Positions 13,040-21,661 of a DNA stretch of 64,000 bases are shown here, in pieces (the first letter of the stretch is position 1; each line of letters starts with the position of its first letter). A model generated the notes under the pieces. It was given only the letters and a program-made list of their open reading frames with translations, was not told where the DNA came from and searched no databases. The translations under genes and the position numbers were made by a program. The stretch covers positions 624-64,623 of the forward strand of contig JAQUKT010000003.1 of NCBI GenBank assembly GCA_028718945.1, given 5' to 3'. This DNA comes from Actinomycetota bacterium (GTDB lineage: Bacteria > Actinomycetota > Geothermincolia > Fen-727 > JAQUKT01).

Positions 13040-15237
13040 AAAGCGATGAAAATGTGAACAGGCTTTTTTCATTGACGAAGAAATTCCTTTCCAAGAGCGA
13101 ACAGAAGAAGCTCGAGAAGGCATACCAGTTCGCTTTTGAATGCCACAAGGACCAGTACAGAAAATCGGGAGAGCATTTCATAGAGCACCCTTTGACTGTC
13201 GCCACCTATCTTGCCCAGTTGAAACTCGATGCCGATACGATCTGCGCCGGGCTTTTGCATGATGTGGTGGAAGATTCAGAACTAACTCTCGATGATGTAA
13301 GAGAAGAGTTTGGCGAAGAAATATCGAGCATAATTGATGGCCTTACAAAACTGGAAAGATTCAGATTCAACTCGAGAGAAGAACAGCAGGCAGAGAACAT
13401 GCGCAGGATGCTGATTGCGGTTGCGAAAGATGTGAGGGTTATTCTTGTCAAACTTGCTGACAGACTCCACAACATGGAGACAATAAGCGCTCTTCCATCT
13501 GACCGCAGGCGTGAGATAGCTGAGGAAACACTCGAGATTTATGCTCCCCTTGCTCACAGGTTTGGAATTTCACAAGTCAAGTGGAGGCTGGAGGACCTTT
13601 CTTTCGAGGTTCTTCACCCGGAAAGATACCGTCAGGTTCAGGAAATGGTTGCAGAGAAGCGCCGGGAGAGGGAAAAGTACTTAGGATCGATCGAGAAGAA
13701 AATAGAGACTGAATTGAGGAGGAACAAAATAAAGGCGAGTGTTAGCGGAAGGGTAAAGCATTTTTTCAGCATATACGAGAAGATGGTCAATCGTGGAATC
13801 GAGTTCGATGAAATAATGGACCTTTCTGCTGTCCGAGTGATAGTTGAGTCAATCAAGGATTGTTATGCTGCTCTTGGGATAATTCATTCAATCTGGAAAC
13901 CGGTTCCGGGTCGGTTCAGGGATTATATCGCCATGCCAAAACTCAACATGTATCAATCTCTTCATACCGTGGTGATGAGCCATGATGGAAAACCGATTGA
14001 AATCCAGATAAGAACGAAGGAAATGCACAGGACAGCTGAGTTTGGGATTGCCGCGCACTGGCTCTACAAGGAACAGAAGAGAGAACACCACGGTAAAGCC
14101 TGGCTGAAACAGGTGATGGACTGGCAGGAGATGAAGGATCCCACCGAGTTCATGCGAACCCTGAAAATAGAGCTTTTCCAGGATGAGGTATTCGTTTTCT
14201 CCCCCCGGGGGAAACTCATTTCGCTGCCCAAGGGAGCAACTCCGATTGATTTTGCGTATCAAATACATACGGAAGTTGGGCACAGTTGCATCGGGGCAAA
14301 GGTGAATGGGAAGATGGTTCCTCTGTCCTATGAACTTCAGAATGGCAATATTGTGGAGATAATTACATCAAAGACGCCTCACGGCCCGAGCATAGACTGG
14401 CTTCAGATTGTTAAGAGCGCCCGGGCAAGATCGAAAATACGGCAGTGGTTCAGCCAAGAGAGACGCGAGGAGGAAAAAGAGGAGGGAAGGGAACTTCTTG
14501 AGCGCTCCTTGCGAAAGACGGGTTTGCCTGTTCACTCCCCTGAAGTCTCCAAGATCCTTTCACAGGTAGCATCTGAGTGCCATGCTGAGAGATTGGAAGA
14601 CCTTTATGTTCTTATCGGGTGTGGTCAGGTCTCAACAAATCAGGTAGCCAGCAAAGTCTCGCAATATCTTGGCGTAGGTAAAAGAGAGACAATCATTCCT
14701 GAAAAGGAAGAGCCAAAAAAACCCCCCGAAAAAGAGAAATTCACCCGCAGAATCATTGTAAACGGAATTGAGAATGCATTGGTTCAGATTGCGCAGTGTT
14801 GCAATCCCGTTCCAGGAGATAAGATAGTTGGATTTGTGACCAGGGGAAGAGGGGTTTCTGTTCATAAGGAAGGCTGCCCTAACTTCAAAGAACTTTCAAT
14901 AGACAGTGAAAGGATATTGGATGTTTCATGGGAGAAGGTTGAACCTGTAAGAGTTGTCGAGATATGCGTAAAGGCAATCGACAGACCCAAACTCGTGCGG
15001 GACATCACAGTTGTCCTTGGTGACCGCAATGTGAACATAATATCGGCGGCTTTCTCGACCAATTACGAAAACCTCGCTGTAAGTAATTTTGTGTTCGAAG
15101 TTGCAAGCGGAGCCCACCTCGACGAGATATTGCGTGAAATAAGAAAGGTTGACTCCGTCTACGATGTTTTCGAGGTTACTGGCGAGAAAGTTGGTGACAA
15201 AGGCGAATCCGGGACAGGGGGTCAGGTCTTGCAATAA
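13036..15237 (+). CDS. rel: Bifunctional (p)ppGpp synthetase/hydrolase RelA/SpoT family
   Basis: HD domain (HPLTVA...LLHDVVED), synthetase domain, TGS and ACT regions; 733 aa. Last codons run into the REP unit at 15217. Confidence 0.9.
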   Translation: MKSDENVNRLFSLTKKFLSKSEQKKLEKAYQFAFECHKDQYRKSGEHFIEHPLTVATYLAQLKLDADTICAGLLHDVVEDSELTLDDVREEFGEEISSIIDGLTKLERFRFNSREEQQAENMRRMLIAVAKDVRVILVKLADRLHNMETISALPSDRRREIAEETLEIYAPLAHRFGISQVKWRLEDLSFEVLHPERYRQVQEMVAEKRREREKYLGSIEKKIETELRRNKIKASVSGRVKHFFSIYEKMVNRGIEFDEIMDLSAVRVIVESIKDCYAALGIIHSIWKPVPGRFRDYIAMPKLNMYQSLHTVVMSHDGKPIEIQIRTKEMHRTAEFGIAAHWLYKEQKREHHGKAWLKQVMDWQEMKDPTEFMRTLKIELFQDEVFVFSPRGKLISLPKGATPIDFAYQIHTEVGHSCIGAKVNGKMVPLSYELQNGNIVEIITSKTPHGPSIDWLQIVKSARARSKIRQWFSQERREEEKEEGRELLERSLRKTGLPVHSPEVSKILSQVASECHAERLEDLYVLIGCGQVSTNQVASKVSQYLGVGKRETIIPEKEEPKKPPEKEKFTRRIIVNGIENALVQIAQCCNPVPGDKIVGFVTRGRGVSVHKEGCPNFKELSIDSERILDVSWEKVEPVRVVEICVKAIDRPKLVRDITVVLGDRNVNIISAAFSTNYENLAVSNFVFEVASGAHLDEILREIRKVDSVYDVFEVTGEKVGDKGESGTGGQVLQ

Positions 15238-15303
15238 CACATTTACCGACCCATTCTTAACAAGGCAGATAGAAAAATGTGTTATTGCAAGACCTGACCC
15301 CCC
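15217..15303. repeat. Complete palindromic REP-like unit: arm A, 30-bp loop, inverted arm A (perfect 27-29 bp inverted repeats)
   Basis: GGGGGTCAGGTCTTGCAATAACACATTT...AAATGTGTTATTGCAAGACCTGACCCCCC read directly; lies between the rel stop and the dtd start. Confidence 0.85.
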
Positions 15304-15403
15304 TTTGTGCGAAAAGGAGTGAAAAACGAAAGCAGTTGTTCAGAGGGTCGGGTGGTGCAGTGTAAGAATCCGGGGAAGTGAAGTCTCGAGAACCGGTCCC
15401 GGT

Positions 15404-15784
15404 TTGCTTGTTTTTCTTGGAGTGGCAAAGGGGGATGCGGAACAAGAAGTTTGTTGGCTTGTTGATAAAATCTTGAACCTGAGAGTTTTCGAGGACGATA
15501 ATGGAAAGATGAACCTTTCTCTTTGCGATACTTCAGGAGAGTTGATGGTTGTGAGCCAGTTCACTCTTGTTGCTGATTTGAGAAAAGGCAGAAGACCCTC
15601 TTTTGAGGAAGCTGCTTCTCCTGATGATGCAAAGAGACTGTATGAATTGTTTGTAAGGTTGGCGCGCGAAAAAGGAGTCGAGGTGAAGGCCGGGGTATTC
15701 GGGGAAACTATGGTGGTTGAACTTCAAAATGATGGACCCGTTACTCTAATTCTTGAAGCTCCTTTGCAGGAAATTTTGGAATAG
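15404..15784 (+). CDS. dtd: D-aminoacyl-tRNA deacylase Dtd (annotated from internal Met; N-terminus likely starts near 15319, see finding)
   Basis: SQFTLVAD...GRRPSF...NDGPVT Dtd motifs. Upstream in-frame peptide KAVVQRV... is the canonical Dtd N-terminus but lacks an in-frame start. Confidence 0.75.
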   Translation: MLVFLGVAKGDAEQEVCWLVDKILNLRVFEDDNGKMNLSLCDTSGELMVVSQFTLVADLRKGRRPSFEEAASPDDAKRLYELFVRLAREKGVEVKAGVFGETMVVELQNDGPVTLILEAPLQEILE

Positions 15785-15787
15785 GGA

Positions 15788-16468
15788 ATGTTTTCTGTCA
15801 TGGATGAGATGAAAGGAATGAGAATCAAGACTTTAACGGTGGGGATGCTTCGAGCCAACTGTTACATTCTTTCCGATAATGAAACAGGCAGGGCTTTCCT
15901 GATTGACCCTGGTGGCGAATATAAGAAAATATTGAGTGAAGTCAAAAACGAGAATGTTTCAGTAGTTAGCATACTTTGCACTCATGGTCATATTGACCAT
16001 ATTGGTTCCGCAGGGAAAATTTCACAGAATCTCGGCGTCCCCATTTTTATTTCGTTCAAAGATAGTAAGAATTTTTCGGCTTCACTTCTTGGAGTGCTTC
16101 ATGGAAATGCATTCTCAAAGCCACGAAACCTTGAATTTTCGGGCGAGAGAGAGGAGCTTCAGCTTGGTGCGAATTCCGTCAGAGTGATTCAAACACCAGG
16201 ACACACACCCGGGTCCTTGAGTTTTCTTGCTGGAAATAATCTTTTCTGTGGAGACCTCATTTTCAAAGGATCGATTGGGAGAACCGACTTTCCAGGTGGT
16301 TCGCTTGATGACCTTATGTCTTCGTTGAGGGATAAGGTATTTGTTCTTCCGGACGAGACGGTGATATTTCCGGGGCATGGTCCTTCGACAAGCGTTGGGG
16401 AGGAAAAAAGGTCCAATCCTTTCATTGTGTCTATTGCGAGAGGTGCGAGGGGTGGAAACAAAATATAG
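15788..16468 (+). CDS. MBL-fold metallo-hydrolase (glyoxalase II-like); start probably MRIKTL ~15818
   Basis: CTHGHIDHIG (HxHxDH) and downstream His/Asp ligands. Confidence 0.7.
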   Translation: MFSVMDEMKGMRIKTLTVGMLRANCYILSDNETGRAFLIDPGGEYKKILSEVKNENVSVVSILCTHGHIDHIGSAGKISQNLGVPIFISFKDSKNFSASLLGVLHGNAFSKPRNLEFSGEREELQLGANSVRVIQTPGHTPGSLSFLAGNNLFCGDLIFKGSIGRTDFPGGSLDDLMSSLRDKVFVLPDETVIFPGHGPSTSVGEEKRSNPFIVSIARGARGGNKI

Positions 16469-17738
16469 CGCGCCAAAGGGAATGAAAGATTACCTTTATC
16501 CCGAATCCTTCGAGATGGAGCGTATTTATTCGACTGCCTCTGAAGTATTGGAAATCCATGGATATAAAAAGATAGAGACACCTGTTCTTGAAAAGGCGGA
16601 ACTCTTTTATCGGGGCGTAGGCGAAGATACTGACATAGTCAAGAAGGAAATGTATTCTTTCAAGGATAAAGATGGGGAATTGCTTTGCTTGAGACCGGAA
16701 GGGACTGCTCCTGTAATAAGAGCCTACCTCGAGAACAGGCTTGATGGTCTGGGATTGCCACTTAAACTGTATTACTCTGGTCCGATGTTCAGGCGGGAAA
16801 GACCACAGGCGGGTCGCTCGAGGGAGTTTCATCAGGTTGGGGCTGAAGCAATAGGCAGCGATGACCCGTTGCTTGACGCTGAAGTCATATCACTATCGTG
16901 CCTTATTTTCGAAAAGCTTGGACTAAGAGATTTCAAACTCTTGATAAACAGCGTCGGTTGTAGCAACTGCAGGCATTCATATACGGGGAAATTGAAGAAA
17001 TTCATTGATGGTATCGAAGGTGATTTGTGTGTGGATTGCAGAGCGAGGAAAAAGACGAATCCTTTGAGGGTGCTTGATTGCAAAAGAGGTTCATGCATGG
17101 AAGCTCTTAAGGATGCTCCGGTGATACGAAACTTTCTCTGTGATGACTGCGAAAGGCATATCAATAAGGTCATCGAAGCTTTGAGAGACATGGAGATAAC
17201 TTTTGAGGAAAACGAAAGACTCGTTCGCGGTATTGATTACTATACCAGAACCGCTTTTGAGTTCGTTTTTGAGGGACTTGGCGCCAAGAATACTGTTTCT
17301 GCTGGCGGCAGATACGACGACCTTGCTGAAACACTCGGAGGTCCGAGGACTCCTGCGGTTGGTTTCTCACTTGGGTTGGAAAGACTCATGCTTGCGCAAA
17401 GGAAGGCTCATGCCTCTTCAGTTTCTTCGAGAACGCTGGATGTTTTTGTGGCAACAGTTGGTCCAGATGCGCGCGAATTTGCGTTTTCGCTTCTGAGAAT
17501 GCTCAGGCGTTCAGGAATAAGCGCGGATATTGATTATCTTTCGCGAAGCCTCAAAAGCCAGATGAAACATGCTGACCGTCTCGGCGCGAAATTAGTGGTA
17601 ATTGCTGGAGGAGAGGAACAGGAAAAAGGGGAAGTGGTTTTGAGGGAACTTGAAACTTCCACTCAAGAAACGGTTTCCGTTGATAGTCTCCCGCATAGTG
17701 TAAAATCTTTGCTTTCGGGAAGTGTTTGCGATGTCTGA
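16452..17738 (+). CDS. hisS: Histidine--tRNA ligase HisS
   Basis: PKGMKDYLYPES, class II aaRS motifs, C-terminal anticodon-binding domain; GTG start inferred. Confidence 0.88.
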   Translation: METKYSAPKGMKDYLYPESFEMERIYSTASEVLEIHGYKKIETPVLEKAELFYRGVGEDTDIVKKEMYSFKDKDGELLCLRPEGTAPVIRAYLENRLDGLGLPLKLYYSGPMFRRERPQAGRSREFHQVGAEAIGSDDPLLDAEVISLSCLIFEKLGLRDFKLLINSVGCSNCRHSYTGKLKKFIDGIEGDLCVDCRARKKTNPLRVLDCKRGSCMEALKDAPVIRNFLCDDCERHINKVIEALRDMEITFEENERLVRGIDYYTRTAFEFVFEGLGAKNTVSAGGRYDDLAETLGGPRTPAVGFSLGLERLMLAQRKAHASSVSSRTLDVFVATVGPDAREFAFSLLRMLRRSGISADIDYLSRSLKSQMKHADRLGAKLVVIAGGEEQEKGEVVLRELETSTQETVSVDSLPHSVKSLLSGSVCDV

Positions 17739-19509
17739 CATGGAACCAATGGTTAGTTTCAGACTGAAAAGAACGTCATACTGTGGGGCTCTTGGTGCTC
17801 GAGAATCGGGAAAGAAAGTAGTACTTGATGGTTGGGTTTCAAGCAGAAGGGACCATGGTGGTTTGATATTCGTGGATTTGAGGGACAGAACTGGCATCGT
17901 CCAGGTTGTCTTTGATCCCGAGGAATCGGAAGAGAGTCACAAAAAGGCGAAGGAGTTGCGACCGGAATATGTGCTTGGAATAAGAGGGGTTGTAAGGATG
18001 AGACCGGAAGGGACGAAAAACCTCTCACTCAAGACCGGTGAAATAGAGGTTGTCGCAGAGGAAGTCGAGGTCCTGAATGCTTCCGTCGTGCCCCCTTTTG
18101 AGATTAAGAATGATGTGAGCGCCGATGAGAAAGTAAGGCTTCGCTATCGCTATCTTGATTTGAGGAGACCTGAACTGAAGGAATGTTTTGAACTCAGGCA
18201 CGAGATTACAAAGGAATCAAGGATGTTTCTCGAGGAAAATGGCTTTATCGAGATTGAGACACCTAATCTCACCAAGAGCACTCCAGAGGGCGCGCGTGAT
18301 TTCCTTGTTCCATCAAGAATTCAAACCGGTCGCTTCTACGCGCTTCCCCAGTCTCCACAGCTTTTCAAGCAGTGCCTCATGATCGCTGGCTTTGAGAGGT
18401 ACTACCAGGTTGCAAGATGTTTCAGGGACGAGGATTTGAGAGCGGATAGACAGCCCGAGTTTACCCAGATTGACCTCGAGATGTCTTTCGTTGATGAGGG
18501 CGATGTGATTGAAATCACCGAGGGGCTGCTTTCAAGAATATTCAAGGTTGTCGGAATCGAGATGAAAACTCCTTTTGAGAGAATGCGTTACGACGATGCG
18601 ATTGAAATTTATGGAACAGACAGGCCCGATATTCGTTATCCGCATTCAATGGTTACACTCGACGAGGTTTTTAGGGAAACCAGTTTCAAAGTTTTTGCTT
18701 CCGAACTTTCGCGAGGAGGAACAATAAGAGCATTGAGGGTTCCTGATGGCGCTGCCCTTTCGCGCGCGGAAATTTCATCTCTCGAGGAAAGGGCAAAAAA
18801 CCTGGGCTCTGCCGGGCTTGTATGGCTTGCCATGGAGGACTCTCCTCACTCGCCGATTCTAAAATTTCTTTCAGGGAAAGAGATTGACATACTTGTTCGC
18901 AAACTGAAGCTTCAAAAGGGAGATGCTGCTTTTTTGATTGCCGGCAAACGTTCACTTTGCGATGATGTTCTTCATGCTCTGCGGGTCTCGCTTACCGAGA
19001 AGAAAGGTTCTCTACGGAATTACGCGCCGGTATGGGTTCTGAATTTTCCGTTGCTCGAGTATGATGACAAGGAAAAGCGCTACAAATCACTTCATCATCC
19101 CTTTACATCTCCGACAGAAGACTCGTTGAGCATTCTTGAAAATGAGCCACTGAATGCGCGTTCGAGAGCCTACGATATTGTCCTCAATGGAGTGGAATTG
19201 GGGGGCGGCTCTATCAGAATTCACAGGAAGGAGATTCAGGAAAAAATGTTCAGGCTTCTTGGCATTCCAGAAAAGGAGTATCTTGAGAAGTTTGGCTTCC
19301 TCCTTGAGGCTTTGGAATATGGAGCGCCTCCGCATGGAGGGATAGCCCTCGGGCTCGATAGATTGGTGATGATACTTGCAGGCAGGGATTCAATTCGGGA
19401 CGTAATAGCGTTTCCAAAGACCCAGTCCGCGTCCGATCTACTCTCCGGGGCTCCTTCAGAGGTTGATGCTGCACAGTTGAAGGAACTTGGATTGAGAATG
19501 GATTTCTGA
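17722..19509 (+). CDS. aspS: Aspartate--tRNA ligase AspS (start uncertain, 17722-17749)
   Basis: OB-fold N-terminus (GWV..RRDHGGLIFVDLRDRTG), FRDEDLRADRQPEFTQIDLEMSF, GGGSIRIH. Confidence 0.9.
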   Translation: MFAMSDMEPMVSFRLKRTSYCGALGARESGKKVVLDGWVSSRRDHGGLIFVDLRDRTGIVQVVFDPEESEESHKKAKELRPEYVLGIRGVVRMRPEGTKNLSLKTGEIEVVAEEVEVLNASVVPPFEIKNDVSADEKVRLRYRYLDLRRPELKECFELRHEITKESRMFLEENGFIEIETPNLTKSTPEGARDFLVPSRIQTGRFYALPQSPQLFKQCLMIAGFERYYQVARCFRDEDLRADRQPEFTQIDLEMSFVDEGDVIEITEGLLSRIFKVVGIEMKTPFERMRYDDAIEIYGTDRPDIRYPHSMVTLDEVFRETSFKVFASELSRGGTIRALRVPDGAALSRAEISSLEERAKNLGSAGLVWLAMEDSPHSPILKFLSGKEIDILVRKLKLQKGDAAFLIAGKRSLCDDVLHALRVSLTEKKGSLRNYAPVWVLNFPLLEYDDKEKRYKSLHHPFTSPTEDSLSILENEPLNARSRAYDIVLNGVELGGGSIRIHRKEIQEKMFRLLGIPEKEYLEKFGFLLEALEYGAPPHGGIALGLDRLVMILAGRDSIRDVIAFPKTQSASDLLSGAPSEVDAAQLKELGLRMDF

Positions 19510-19521
19510 TTTGATTGTTTC

Positions 19522-21000
19522 ATGAAACGAGGAGCCCGTTTCCGCTGGTGGAAGATTCTCATAGTTATCATATTTGCTGCGCTTGTATTCACAGCGGCTT
19601 CAAAGCACGAAGCATTCACGGATGAGGGTCAGGCGTGGCTCATTGCAAGGGACGCACCGGTAGGGGAAATATTTTTCAAGTGGCTTCATTACGAAGGCCA
19701 TCCTTCTCTTTGGTTTGCTTTACTGATAATTCCCGCAAAACTCGGTTTGCCTTTCTATTCGATCAACATCATATCCGCCCTCATAGCCACAATTTCCGTC
19801 TTTCTTTTTCTCATGTATTCACCCCTTCCTTCTTTCATGAACGTTTTGTTCGCGTTTTCATATTTTGTCTCATACCAGTATGCTGTTGTTGCGAGAAACT
19901 ATGTTTTAGCCCTACTTCTCTTGATCGTTCTTGCGATTTTTTACCAGAATCGTTTCTCGAAGCCATATTCTTTTTTTCTCATCCTTGCTCTTCTTGCGAA
20001 TGTGAGTCTTCACTGCACTCTGATTGCAATAGGGATTAGCGTAAATTACCTCCTTGAACTGAAAAAAAGATGGCTCCGTTTTGACAGGGACAGGAAAAGG
20101 CGAATTGCTTTTTCCATGCTGTTCTTCGTATGCGTTCTTCTATTGCTCCCTTTCCAGCTCTGGCCGAGGAGCGACAACAGGCTCATGGGGGGATTTGATT
20201 TTTCTCCTGCACGCTTTGCTTCAACTGGAAATTTCTTGATTTCGGGAACTGGACCTTTCAGCAATTACCTACCGGTCACCGTGATATGCCTTTTGGTTAT
20301 CGCTATATGGTTCTGGAAGCGTGGTAATCTGTTCCTCTATCTTTTTCCATCTTTTCTTCACTTCCTACTTGTTGCGATAAAACCCATTAGCGTATTCAAT
20401 CATGGAATCTTTTTCATTTATCTCGTTTTTGTGGTCTGGGTTTCCTACGAGGGAACGGAACGGGAAAGACTCTTCTCATTTTCAATTAGGAACCTTTCAA
20501 TTCTTGCCCTTTCGGTTCTCTTGGTAATTCAGGTTTTTTGGGGGTTTCAGGCAATAGCATACGATTATTCCCACAGTTATTCTGGAGCCCTTGAGGTCTC
20601 AAACTTCATAAAATCGAACAACTTGGATAAAACGAAAATTTACATGGTCGGAGAATCCTGCACCGGAGTGCTTCCCTATTTCAAGGAAAATATCTTTTCT
20701 AATATGAACGAAGGGGGAAAGCCGTGCTTCTGGGACTATTCAAAGAAGAACAAAACTCCAGAGAGGCTTGATAAGAGCGCTCTCGAGTCCATCAGGAAAG
20801 ATAAACCGGATATTGTTGTTCTATCGCTTTCTGCCGTATCAAAGAAAAAAGAGAAACAAAATCTTAAATCTCTTCTTAGAGAGTATCATCCCGTAGGACC
20901 ATTCACTGGGTTCATAATCTGGAAGGAGCAGAGAGGTCCTCATGAGACATATTCCTACTTTGTTCTTTTGAGTAAAGATAAATTTGTGATGCACAAATGA
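19522..21000 (+). CDS. Polytopic membrane protein, GT-C fold glycosyltransferase-like (family 39/83-like)
   Basis: About 11 predicted TM helices; DE motif in first extracytoplasmic loop (FTDEGQAW). No specific family assignable from sequence alone. Confidence 0.5.
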   Translation: MKRGARFRWWKILIVIIFAALVFTAASKHEAFTDEGQAWLIARDAPVGEIFFKWLHYEGHPSLWFALLIIPAKLGLPFYSINIISALIATISVFLFLMYSPLPSFMNVLFAFSYFVSYQYAVVARNYVLALLLLIVLAIFYQNRFSKPYSFFLILALLANVSLHCTLIAIGISVNYLLELKKRWLRFDRDRKRRIAFSMLFFVCVLLLLPFQLWPRSDNRLMGGFDFSPARFASTGNFLISGTGPFSNYLPVTVICLLVIAIWFWKRGNLFLYLFPSFLHFLLVAIKPISVFNHGIFFIYLVFVVWVSYEGTERERLFSFSIRNLSILALSVLLVIQVFWGFQAIAYDYSHSYSGALEVSNFIKSNNLDKTKIYMVGESCTGVLPYFKENIFSNMNEGGKPCFWDYSKKNKTPERLDKSALESIRKDKPDIVVLSLSAVSKKKEKQNLKSLLREYHPVGPFTGFIIWKEQRGPHETYSYFVLLSKDKFVMHK

Positions 21001-21070
21001 GAATCCCTCATATAAACATGTAAACATGTTTCGCTGATTGAAAGACCACAATTTTTCACGTGCTGGCTTT

Positions 21071-21098
21071 TTGATATGTCAACCTGCTGTGTTATGAT
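21071..21098 (+). promoter_or_regulatory. Sigma70-like promoter candidate (TTGATA, 16-nt spacer, TATGAT) upstream of the DUF948 gene
   Basis: Hexamers read directly in the 150-nt intergenic region. Confidence 0.35.
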
Positions 21099-21152
21099 AT
21101 GTGCTCGATGCATCATGTAATATGTTTGACGGTTTCTTAGAAAGGAGAAGTA

Positions 21153-21509
21153 ATGAGTATAGGAGAAATTTCCGGCTTGATTGCAGCCATAGCATTCGCG
21201 CTTCTGTCGCTTTTCTCAGCCTGGTTGCTTGTTCAACTGGTGAAAACGATGAACATCATGAACAAGTTTCTCGACGAGATCAGAATTGAAACCATGCCCC
21301 TCATGAGCAAGTTTCAGACGAGTATGGACCACGTGAATACTGAACTTGAAAGGGTTGATGGTATTTTGACCGCTGTTGAATCCATGTCCGAGAAGGCTAA
21401 CAACGCGACAAAAGCCGTTCAGGAAATTGTCACATCGCCATATATGAAGGCTGTCGGAATTGGAACCGGAGCCAGCAAAGCATGGAGAAAGTGGAAGAAG
21501 AAATCCTGA
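21153..21509 (+). CDS. DUF948 family membrane-anchored protein
   Basis: Single N-terminal TM helix followed by a coiled-coil region resembling DUF948/YtxG-like proteins. Confidence 0.55.
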   Translation: MSIGEISGLIAAIAFALLSLFSAWLLVQLVKTMNIMNKFLDEIRIETMPLMSKFQTSMDHVNTELERVDGILTAVESMSEKANNATKAVQEIVTSPYMKAVGIGTGASKAWRKWKKKS

Positions 21510-21661
21510 TTCGAAAAAAAGACTCGGAATATAAAACTTTGTTGTTCTCCTGCAATCGCCATTTTCCAAGGACATCCATTAGTTGACCTTTATCGCCGTA
21601 ATTCTTTATTTTGCAAATTCGCTGATTTGTATTTAATGAAAATTGGTGATAAATGAGTTAG

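Noticed and set aside
21510-21661. Possible T-box leader upstream of alaS.
   Set aside because: Only ~150 nt of leader, with no recognisable specifier-loop/T-box (AATTAGAGTGGTACCGCG-like) sequence. Too short for a T-box riboswitch.
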